DNA of 64,000 bases, from contig JAUPSS010000001.1 of assembly GCA_040285825.1 (NCBI GenBank), forward strand, positions 3,038,001-3,102,000, written 5' to 3'. This stretch comes from Eukaryota sp. TZLM1-RC (Eukaryota; Protista; Metamonada: BaSk clade). Position 1 is the stretch's first letter, and each line of letters opens with the position of its first letter. Both the position numbers and the translations under genes were made by a program. The notes beneath the pieces are model-generated. The model was not told where the DNA came from and searched no databases. It worked only from the letters and a program-made list of their open reading frames with translations. Positions 11,270-22,329 of this stretch are shown here, piece by piece.

Positions 11270-12327
11270 AAAGATAAGTATGTTTTGAAATCTTATAAAA
11301 CCATTCGTGAAACCGTCAACTCAATTGTTAAACATTCAAATCTGATACTCAAATTGTGAGAAACTGCTTCAAAATTTCAACAGTTACGAATTCATACTAC
11401 ATGTTGCTTAAAGCTGTATTTGCAGTCCCGATTTGAACGTAATTTACTACTGCCATATATATCTGTATAGTTATATGAATCATTAATGGCCGGAATTCGC
11501 TATATTTCATCTGAGTTTTTTGGGCAACAAATGGTTAAACCAATAAGTGCATTTCCACAGGATTTTGAAACCTTTGTCTAAGGTGAAGGAGTTTATACTT
11601 TAAGAACTACCCTTGGGCAACAAAAGTTAAACGAAACATTGAGTCATCTTGATCACTTGAGACACATTCCTGAACTGTTTCCTAGTTTTCCAACTGATGG
11701 ATTCAGTAGACCTGCCGAGTACATAAACCCAGTATTGTTTGCCAATTTTGAGAATAATTTGAAATTGAATTATGAAAAACATGTCAAGGGTTTCATCAAT
11801 GTTTACTTTGACAAAGCAGATGTGGAAAACGTGTTAGCAGAAATGCACAAACTGGGTGGGTACTAAACGTCATTGCCTGCTGTAATTTCATTATGTTCAG
11901 TTGCTGCATTTCAGCAGTTTTCTCAACCCAAAAAAGACTCTTTAATAGGAACGTGTGATGATGCTAAAAAGTTCATAGAATTTGAAACACCACAGACCTT
12001 TCGCGGCATTGGATGATATCAATTTCTGAAAAGAAATGGATTTGAAGTTTTGATGATTAATGAAGCTTTCATTTCAGCAGAATGTCCTGTTTGTTTTGAA
12101 AAGGTTGATAAGTGAGAGTGACAAATCCCAGATTCTATAAGAGAGAAAAGACTCCAGTTACTACATGTCATGGTTAATTAGCTTGTAACAGTGAGAGTTG
12201 CAAACTCAGTAACCAAGGCTCAACAGAGATTTTCAATGGAAATAAGCTGGCTTGTCTGAATATGTTTGCAATTGCTGAAGGTAGACTGAGTGGTGATAAA
12301 AGGCCTCAGTATCTGTGTAGCAGATAG
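11270..12327 (+). pseudogene. Fanzor (TnpB-family RNA-guided nuclease, Fanzor1-like) pseudogene with a large internal deletion
   Basis: Manual translation. N-terminal: YKTIRETVNSIVKH..IHTTCCLKLYLQ..LLLPYI and ANFENNLKLNYEKHVKGFINVYF. C-terminal: RGIG*YQFLKRNGFEVLMINEAFISAECPVC (RuvC-II E plus CxxC), a frameshift, then RVTNPRFYKREKTPVTTCHG*LACNSESC and IFNGNKLACLNMFAIAEGRLSGDKRPQYLCSR* (degenerate RuvC-III NRD..A.LN, RP.YL tail). Confidence 0.85.
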
Positions 12328-12520
12328 TTTTTATAATTATTCCACACGAAAATTGACCGTGTCCTTATGGGAATTACCCATTTATTTACATGATGACATT
12401 TGTACATCGTTTTCAATATCAAAAATAAATTATTTGAAACCCAAAGTAGATGGTGTAGATGACGAAGGTATTTCAAAAAGTCGTTTTCGATGTGTCCTTG
12501 TTAATCTTAAAATGCATTAA
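12328..12520 (+). ncRNA. Candidate Fanzor omega-RNA scaffold / element right end
   Basis: Lies directly 3' of the Fanzor stop. Short stems: acacg/cgtgt (12344-12362) and atggg/cccat (12367-12381). Positional inference only. Confidence 0.3.
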
Positions 12521-12561
12521 ATACATCAACAACAAAATACAACTCATTCCACTTTCAAGAT

Positions 12562-13917
12562 TCACGTTACAAACCAGTTGAAAGCATCCAGCAGAATGAT
12601 ATAAATCCAAATAAATAAAAATATTAGGAGCATCTGAATTGCCATGGCTGGAGCAACCTCAACAGAATGGTCTTCCTCTTTGTTCGAGTAGAACCTCGCT
12701 AGGGTAAAAGCCGCTGTGGAGGCAGGAGAGGCAGAATAAATCAACACGACACGAGTTTCAGGCCCACTAAGTCCGAAAAGCAATGCAAAAGGTAGAGTCA
12801 AGAGAGGAAACAGAACCTGCTTCCCAAGAACATATGCCAAAACTGATATGTAACCAATCCTACGTCCAAGCCAGTCAAACAGCCCTAGCGATAGACCCAC
12901 CACAAAAAGTCCAACTGAGATCAGAAATATTGATACACTAACCATACCCGGTGTAGCTGTGGCTGCTAGTGAGGAGAAAAAGAACGTTATAGTTAATGGC
13001 AACGTTATATTGAGCAATGCAATGGGAAAAGCTATCACACTAGCCAAGAACAAAGGTGACAAAGCCGTCTTTAGAGAGGCCTTCTTTACGGCTTCTTTAC
13101 CACCATGTTCAGGTACTCCATCAGGTGCTTCTACGGGGTGACCAGGAGATACGTGAACGTGATGAATAGGATAATATTCTTCCTCCTGAATCTCCATGGC
13201 TTCGTCCACCTCGGGAAGAAGGTGTTCTTTGTGGGGAGCGGTGGTTGTGCCACCCACTGATTGACTTCCCACTTGATCTGTCTGTATCTCTTTGTTAGAA
13301 TGATGTGGAGAGTCTGATGGAGACGCACGAACTGGTGGTCCCCTAGGAACTATGTCAATGTTATTCAATTCGAACAGAAAAATGGCCAAGGGAATGACAA
13401 ATACTAATCCTGGGAGTAGCCTGAGGTCAAATGACTAAAGCTACACAAACGTATAAACAACGAATTCATTGAAAAAAGGAGGATCATCTGTGATAAAATC
13501 CTAGATGTATTGAACAAACCTGGGAAAAGTCTACAATTAGCTGAATATGCACCAGACACACGCTTGTACTAAAGGTCTGCCCAACACGGCATTCGATCCA
13601 AAGGTCGTGGTCAGTGCAATTGCTGCAAAACCAGCAGATGTAAATCTGTGAACCGTGAAATGAATAATGGTGAACAGAATTAACATTACCAAAGTTGCCG
13701 AGATCACCGTCAAGATCACAGGAATTGCACGACCTGTAATATCGCTTGGTGCGAGTGAGATGAAAACCAAAGCAGGCAAACCAATCATGTTCACAAAGAA
13801 GTTTAATGCTATCATTGCTTTCAGTTTCAATATATGAAGGAATCCAAGGATGAAGCCCAGTGAAAGTATCAAAAGCAGAGCCCCTGCTATTTCGAGGGCA
13901 GCAACGATTTGGGTCAT
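12562..13917 (-). CDS. AEC (auxin efflux carrier / PIN-like) family transporter, copy 1; introns at 13531-13561, 13488-13519, 13421-13450, 12915-12947; 409 aa spliced
   Basis: LNFFVNMIGLPALVF, GSNAVLGRPLV, TPVGLFVVG, KQVLFP and SASPAST motifs. Removing four GT..AG introns gives a 1230-nt ORF colinear with copy 2. Confidence 0.85.
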
Positions 13918-15262
13918 GATGAGCAGCAGAGAAAAGATATTCTACGAACTTTCTTCTGGAGAAGATAGGACTGAAGTTGAGTGGTACATGGACATAAAGA
14001 ATAATGTCGATACATAGAGTTAGTCACCTTTGTGTTGTAAATACTGCAAATTTGAAAAAAAGATCAAAACAAATAGTTCAATTTATTGAAACATTGAACT
14101 CAAATACTTTTTGGAGATTATTTGAAATTGATCTACAATTTGTAAGCTATAATTGTATATAATCTTGTTGTTCTAATAATCACAATCACACTTTGGCAAT
14201 TTATTTTTGATTTCCCAAGGTTTCTGCTGATGTGGTATAAGATTTTTAGTCCTTCTTTGTTGTGAATTTTGTAATCCTTTCTGCTCAAATATCACTGTTT
14301 CAAGAACCTCTTCACACCAGTTACCTTCAATCATTACAATCCTATCATTAACTAGAGTCTCAACAACAAATTAAGTATCTTAGTGTCAGACATGTACCAA
14401 TCTCACGTTTAATATTGCGGACTGGTACTCAAGAACAATGGACACCATTTGATTTAGATATATAAATATATATTGGATTTTCAGTAACCATTATGTATAG
14501 CAACTGTAACACCAAGTCATCATTATGGTTGGATTGAATATTGAATAAGGAACTGGACTTTGGTGATTGATAAATATCAGTGTGTACAACAATTTATACT
14601 AGTAATGTCCTTCAATAAGTTACATAAGTTAATCGTTATTCTTTTGTAAAAACTGTTTTGATTGTGAATCAAATTAACAAAATGTATACCAACTTAACAG
14701 AAACTAAACATTCTATGAATCATATTGCTGAATGTACACACGCTTCAACCATATTTTATGTTCCTAGAGTGATAAGAATCAAGGAAAGGCTTGTCACAAA
14801 AAGAAACAATTTGAAGCACAGTCTTCTAGTCTTTATCAACTTAATCTTCATTGTGATATGCTTGTAGTCAGTCCCACCGTATCATACTGCTGGTCAGTGT
14901 AATGAAGATTCAACGTGAATATTGAAAAAGCCAAATAGACAATTACGACTACTTCCGGTAATCAACCATTTTCAATAAATCTAATGTTGTGTATCTTGAA
15001 GGATGGTAATCGTATGTGAAATCAATTATAGTATTAATCAATGACCAACAAGGCAAAAATACAAGTCAGAAAGTGATTTTAATTTAGAAGAATGGTATTT
15101 TGCAGACTTCAATATCCTATACATTATCCAACACAAAAACATTCAATAGTATAGCAAAAACTAGTCACATAATAAAGACACAATTCCCTTTTGAGAAAAG
15201 TTAGCGTTAGACACCACCACTAAATTATAAGCAATAATTGGATTAGGGTGGTTAGGTTTGTT

Positions 15263-16557
15263 TCATTCTGGAAACCAGTTGAAAGCATCCAATACTATGA
15301 TATAGATCCAAATAAACAAGAAGATCAACAAACTTTGTATTGCTAGTGCAGGAGCAACCTCAACGGAAGGGTCTTCCTCTTTGTTAGAGTAGAACCTCGC
15401 TAGGGTAAAAGCCGCTGTGGAAGCAGGAGAGGCAGAATAAATCAACACGACACGAGTTTCAGGCCCACTAAGTCCGAAAAGCAATGCAAAAGGTAGGGTC
15501 AAGAGAGGAAACAGAACCTGCTTACCAAGAACATATGCCAAAACTGATATGTAACCAATCCTACGTCCAAGCCAGTCAAACAGCCCTAGCGATAGACCCA
15601 CTACAAAAAGTCCAACTGAGATCAGAAATATTGAAACACGAACCATACCAGGTGTAGCTGTAGCTCCTAGTGAGGTGAAAAAGAACGTTATAGTTAACGG
15701 CAACGTTATATTGAGCAATGCAATGGGAAAAGCTATCACACTAGCCAAGAACAAAGGTGACAAAGCCGTCTTTAGAGAGGCCTTCTTTACGGCTTCTTTA
15801 CCACCATGTTCAGGTACTACATCAGGTTCTTCTACGGAGTGACCGGGCGATATGTGAACGTGATGAATGGGATAATATTCTTCCTCCTGAATCTCCATGG
15901 CTTCGTCCACCTCGGGAAGAAGGTGTTCCTTGTGAGGTGCAATAGGTGTGTCACCGGATGGACTACGTTCCATTTTTTCAGTTTGTACCTCTTTAGTAGA
16001 GTAATTCCAAGAATTTGCCGGCAAAGCAAGATTTGGTTTTGGATTAACATGCCTCATATTCTTTCCATATTCAAAGAGGAAAATTGAAAGAGGAACAACG
16101 AACACCAGACCAGGCAAAATCCTGAAGTAAATATTATTCCACTCTCAACATACGTGTAAATTGCATACTCATTGAAAAATGGAGGATCATCGGGGTAAAG
16201 CACTTGCACCAATGGTACACCCAGGACCACATTTGCCCCAAAGGTGGTTGTGAGAGCTAACGCGGCAAAACTTGCAGGTGTAAACCGGTAAATGATAAGG
16301 TTAACAAATACAAAGATCAGCATAACTACAATCGTTGCCATAGTCACCGTCAGCATCACCGGAATTGCACGGGCAGTGATATCGGTGGGAGCCAGTAGGA
16401 TGAAAACCAAAGCAGGCAAACCAATCATATTCACGAAGAAGTTTAATGCTATCATTGCTTTCAGTTTCAATATATGAAAGAATCCAAGAATGAAGCCCAG
16501 TGAAAGCATCAAAAGCAGAGCTCCTGCTATCTCGAGGGCAGCAACGATTTGGGTCAT
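15263..16557 (-). CDS. AEC family transporter, copy 2; introns at 16122-16153 and 15616-15648; 409 aa spliced
   Basis: Tandem paralog of copy 1. A 32-nt GTATGT..CAG intron repairs the frame (YT|ILPGL). Spliced CDS is 1230 nt. Confidence 0.85.
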
Positions 16558-17869
16558 GATGAGCAGCAGAGAAAAGATATTCTACGAACCATTTAACTGA
16601 GATCAAGCAGATATGTCGTGTTGAATAATAACCAAGCATTCTACTCAACTATTGAGGCCTTCCATAACCTGTCATTCATTCTGGTATCAACATTTACAAA
16701 CTTATTCAATCATGTCAACTTATGAATTTTTAAGAAAACATTGTTGAATCAATGTTACTGAAATTTTTCTGATGGCATTTTTCCGATGCTCAAATACCAC
16801 AACAGAACTGATTCAATTCTTTTACATTAAAAGTTCGAATTGAATATTTAGAAAAGTGTTAGTTTTTGATAGGGTCACAATTTACGAAAAATGAAATACT
16901 TAATTACGTCACAATTATGTATTATTTTGTAAAACATAAAATTACAATGACGTGGCATAAGGAAGTGAAATTCAATTACCCATCATCTTGATAGTTCCTT
17001 CACCACGATTTCTCTTTTCAAATCGCATTATCCACTGTGATCCCATGGATACTGACGCTGTGTGTTTTGTTCTTTCAGACCACACAAATTGGAAGGACTT
17101 TTACGTTGAATCTTCAGGGTTAGTGGCTTTATCAACTCTTTCAACCAAATTCCTGAACCAATCTTTGTGTGGCATCTCTGAAGAACGAGGAGAAGAGTAT
17201 AAGAGACTATTGCTTCCATTTTCAGGAAACAAATGATTTTAAAAGATGGATTCTGTTATTCAATTTGTCTATGACAAAGTTCAATTGAGAAAGACTATTT
17301 TTTGTTTTTTGTTACAAAGTGTGGCAGCAAGAGCAGGTACAGCAAGAGGTTACCAAAATGTTAATTATCATTATATCTACCGATTTATCTCTATTTTTAA
17401 ATGCAGTCAATCAACACGAAAGTGACGACGAAGATGATGACTTTGGCAATGCTGTAGCACAAATGCTGCCATGCGAATTATTTCGAATTGATACTGAAGG
17501 AAATCGTTTTGAGGAGTCTCAAAGAACTATACTGATGAAGAAAGTTGCATGCTTTTGTCAGTCTTTTAAATGAAGATCATCGGGTGGTGCAAGGCTTATT
17601 CCACTTGCATAACGTGCTTTAAATCAGGTTGATGATGCTGATGGTCCACATGCTCCTTTATGCAGACTGCAAATAGTAGGGAACTATTTTGTCTTACCAA
17701 CTGCATCACAGTCAAATAGTTTTAACGATGAGATAGTAAATGCAGGTTTTACCCAGCGACCCAGACAGTTATTTTCTCTAATGACAAACAATTTTATTTT
17801 GGGATAAATGTATTTTCCACATTTTAGGTTCAAGATAATCCAAAATCCACCGATTTTCAATAAAATTAT

Positions 17870-20800
17870 ATTTATTGAATTTGCACACTTGATTAAATTA
17901 AATCATAACTAATGGGACGACTATCATTAAACCAAGATTTCCTCTACAAAATCTTGATCTGCTTGCTGTCTAGCTAAAGCTTCTCTAATTCGATTGAAAA
18001 ACCGCGGTAATCTATTAATAATGGCAAATTGAATCCGTGAACGCCATAAAAAAATATCAAATCTTTTCATTGTTTTTTCTTTCACCATTTTTTGGAAGTC
18101 ATCCAAAAAAGTTTCTGCTTCAACTGATAATCTTCCATTTATCGAAAATGGGAAAGCAATAAAAACCAGCTGTGTATTTCTATCGACTTTTGCATCTTCA
18201 ATTTCTTTATCATATTTTCTATGTTTTTCTTTTGCTTTAAAATCCAGAGCAGCCACAGGATTAAGTTTTCTTCTGTGAACCAAAGTATCGTTTGCAACAT
18301 TACATGAGACAAAGTCAACAATAGCTTCAGAATTATCAATCCAATCACAGTATACATCACCTCTATCATCAGAACCAAAATTATTCAGAGAAAGCGTTTC
18401 CTTCAGCAGGGGCTCTTTGATACACGATATCCTTGCAGTTTGTGCCATATTGAAAACAGTGTCTCTAACAGCATCATGTAATGAAGAACGATAAGTTATC
18501 AATTTAGAGCATGGCGCAAAGTGAGTTGAGGTGAATTCGAACAAATACATTTTTATTTTGATAATAATTGGTTAATGGGGATGTTCAAATATAATCTCAT
18601 TTTTGTTACAAATGCTTCATTAGTGGCACACAATCCAAATCTTCGTGGTACAATGGTTACAAACAGTGAAGAATCTGACGCCTTGTTTTCACAAACACCC
18701 TTTTCCAATAACAATGAGTGAAGATCTTGATTTAAAACAGCCGAGCTGCAAATATTATTATAAAGATCTTTTTCATACATTCCAGTCAATCTTTTCTGTA
18801 ATGTTCAAAGAGTGTACTTCAAATTTAAAACATTTTTTTCTGGAATATTGCCATTGAATGATTGGGGAAAACATCGACCCCATTTTTCTACATCAATTCT
18901 TGAAATTTCTTCATTTAATGCAAAAACAGTGGAACTTTGCGTTGTCATCAATAAATCTTCCCAATCTGCAAATCTTTCGGAAAACTCAAAGATTGCATTT
19001 CTGCATCTACCAACAAAAGCACACGAGGTAAGAATAGAAGCCTTCGTCCACCCTAAACCACCATAATGTGGACTAAGGTAAGCATGATCTGGAATTTGAA
19101 ACATTTTACATCCCAGTAATTTTTTTTGTGGATAAATTTATAATTAATTTATTAGTAATTGAGACAGAACTTTTGCACGTAACTCATTAAACTTTTGAGC
19201 CAAAGGTCTAGTGACGAGAGGATTTGTAGATCGAAATATATGATTAAAATTGGAACTAAAACACAGTCTTATAATGGTAAATTTGATGTGTTTTTTTATA
19301 TCTAAATTCATCATTCGGTCAATTTTGTCAGAAATTGAGTTCAACTTTTCAAACAATTTTTTGGTAATTTCATCATTATTTCCTAAAAATGAACCCAAAT
19401 GACGAATAGCATCAATTGAATATAATTTGGCTTGAATTTCAATATCATCAATTATTGTGGAAACTGGAGAATTCGATAACAAAACACATTTAAGTAAATT
19501 AAGTCGGAGACCAATTTTGGTAAATAATTCTTTAAAACATACAGTTGCTTTTTTCACAATATTTAAATCACCAATAAGCACAACATCATCCATATATGCA
19601 ATCATTTTTAGCGAAGGAAACATCTCTTGAATTTGCAGTAGAATAGGATGAATGGCCAAACAAAACAAAAGAGGTCCTAACGGATCTCCTTGCTTTACAC
19701 CACTTGATGAACTCAAAATGTTGTTACCAAAATGTAAATTAGAATATGTGCAATATGTTGATTGAAAATATGGTATTAATTCCGGCATATATTGCAATAG
19801 AGCACCATGGATACTGCGACGACTTAGCGAATTGAAAGCATTACTAAAATCCAATGACATGCAAACATTGGATTCATTTTGACGAAATAAGACATCAGTA
19901 GCAAAAATCGCTGAAGAGACTCCATCTGTAGTATTTATACCATATTGAAAGGGTAATAAAATCTTTTTAGTTTTTTCATTGAACCTGCTTAAGCAACACG
20001 CAGAAAAAATATTGTGTAAGCGCTCAGAGACTGCAATAGAACGAGCATCCATTTTTGAATTTTTGACAAGTGCAGTCAAACGAGAACTTCTTAATTCTTC
20101 TGGGTATTTGCGTTGACCAGATAATATTTGGTTGAAAAATTTGGTCAATAAACCAAGGCAATCTTCTGAAGAAATAATCGCGGCTGTTACATGATCAATA
20201 GTAATACCAGAAAGTCCGGCAGACTTACCACGAGGTCTCTTTTTGATAACCGAAAAAACTTCTGATGGCATCAATGGATAATTTTCCCAGTATGTGCCGT
20301 AAAAATTTTGATCCATTATAGGGTCTTCATAAGGATGAAGTATTTTCAGTTTATCTATTGTATTTTCATTGTTCGGTGCTTTGACTCCGGGACTTAAAGC
20401 TGACAAAGCCTTGGACCGATTTTCCAAGAACATCGTCAAAGTGCACACAGAAACTGCATAGACAACAGAACCCACATAACAACACTTCTCTTTTTGTCTT
20501 GTAGTTACATAAACAACTGTTTTCTGGTTGTAGCCACCAACAACACACCAAGATATTGTGTCTTGATATGGAATCCATCTAATCCCAACACAGGTTTTTC
20601 ATACTAAAATCTTTCAATTGAAGACTCCGGAACAAAGAAGCACTTGTTGAATTGTCCTTCGGCCTCAGATATGCCACGGTTACGCTTCCTATCAACTATA
20701 CCTAAACTAATGGAAAGCTGTTTCTCTAAAACTTTAATCATGGACCTACATCTTTCACGTAAAATGCCATTGTTAAATAGAGTGCGGTGAATAGTACCTA

Positions 20801-21030
20801 ATGAACATTTACGACCTTTTTTTAACTGGAATATGTATCGAGAAAAAACAAATCTCATTTACGACCACAATGTCTATAAACGACTTGCTTAATTTCCCAA
20901 AGGTAAAGCAAAGGGTTTTTTTGACCAAAAAAAACGATAAAGGATACCTCTGCAGCTGACAAGAATGGGCATGGAACCCACTCAAAAAGCAAACCTCAGT
21001 ATGTTTTTGGAGTTCTTCTTTTTGTATTTA
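17870..21030 (-). mobile_element. Near full-length, decayed CRE-like non-LTR retrotransposon (Cys-rich N-terminus, RT, CCHC-type region, RLE)
   Basis: KSAGLSG, SRLTALVK, QYGIN, LDFSNAFNS, GVKQGDPLGP, AYMDD, GGLG, HFAPC..HDAVRD, RGDVY..VDFV..KHRKY. Several frameshifts; ends approximate. Confidence 0.92.
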
Positions 21031-21322
21031 ATTATAAATTTATAAATTTATTTAAATATTGATGAAGAATACACGGATTTGTCATCTTTATCCAACATTT
21101 TTATCTCATAATTACAGTGAAAAAGACTTAGATACTTGGAACAGTTATTAGATAATTTTCATTTGATGCAAAAGGGTAGAAATATCGTAATTTCATGGAC
21201 ATTACGTAAAACGTTAGATTAAAACCCTTAGTTTTTGCAAAAACTGAAAATAAAAAAAATATATGAGAAACGAAAACGGTCCAGTCATAAATATTACAAG
21301 TGTCAACATTGGTAGATTTTTA

Positions 21323-22011
21323 ATGCAGGTTTTGTCAAGACTCTATCTAGTAAGACCATCACCCTTGAAGTCGAAGGCTCTGACACCATCCAGTCGGTAG
21401 AATCCAAGATCCACGAAAGTGAAGGAGCACCTCCTGATCAGCAGTGTCTCATTTTTGCCGGCAAAAGACTTGAAGATTGTCATACGCTTCAACACTACAA
21501 TATCCATAATGAGTCCACTCTTCACCTTCTACTCCAACTTGAAGGTGCAATGCAGATCTTTGTCAAGAGTATTCCTGGTAAGACGTTCACCCTTGAAGTC
21601 AAAGGCTCTGATACCGTCGAATCGGTAAAGTCCAAGACCCATGATAAGACAGATATCCCTCCTGATCCACAACGTCTCATTTATGGTGGAAAGCAACTCA
21701 AAGATGGTCACACCCTTGAAGACTACAACATCAGGAAGGATTCCACACTTCATCTTGTACTTCGTGTTCGTGGCGGAATGCATATCGTTGTCAATACTCT
21801 TATTGACAGGTACATCACCGTCGAAGTTGAAGGCTCTGTTTCCAACAATCTGGTAAAGTCAAAGATCCATGAAAAGGAAAGAATCCCTCCAGATCAGCAA
21901 CGTCTCGTTTTTGCTGGAAAGCAACTCGAAGATGGTCGCACCCTTCAAGACTACAATATCCAAAAGGAGTCCACTCTCCATCTTGTGCTCCGACTCAGGG
22001 GTGGTTATTAG
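21323..22011 (+). CDS. Divergent three-unit polyubiquitin-like gene; unit 1 has a 1-nt frameshift near 21330; intact di-ubiquitin ORF at 21550-22011
   Basis: Unit 1 (227 nt): MQ(V)[32 protein letters not shown]. Unit 2 ends LRVRGG. Unit 3 ends LRLRGG-Y. Confidence 0.85.
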
Positions 22012-22329
22012 GTGCATTATTTAGGTGCATTATTTGGTACATTCAACTTTGTTTCAACGATGATGCACATTGTGTATTTTGATATTTATATTTGACCCAT
22101 CTATGTTATTCAAATTGTGTAGAATTTGGAAGAAGACCCACAAACAGTGAATATTCTTGCCTCCCAGAAGCAAATTTCACTGAGATAGACATCATCACTA
22201 ATCATATTTTACGCAAAATTGCAGAAAACATAATTCAATCATTTAAACATTAATTGTGAACAATGCTGATGCTGGAGATGTTGAATGATCTCCAATAAAA
22301 CAAAATTCGAAATACTAAGAACATAATGA

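Noticed and set aside
11340-12180. Stop-codon reassignment explaining the in-frame TGA/TAA in the Fanzor
   Set aside because: Host genes terminate with TAA, TAG and TGA, and the region also has frameshifts and a lost catalytic residue, so decay is the simpler explanation.
12290-12520. 76-aa ORF from the track
   Set aside because: It has a non-ATG start, overlaps the Fanzor C-terminus in another frame and has no recognisable motifs; likely spurious.
15240-15260. ttagggtggttaggt as a telomeric seed
   Set aside because: There is only one TTAGGG unit; chance.
16054-16160. Frameshift, programmed frameshift or pseudogene in the AEC transporters
   Set aside because: Canonical GT-AG introns restore both frames and give equal 1230-nt CDSs.
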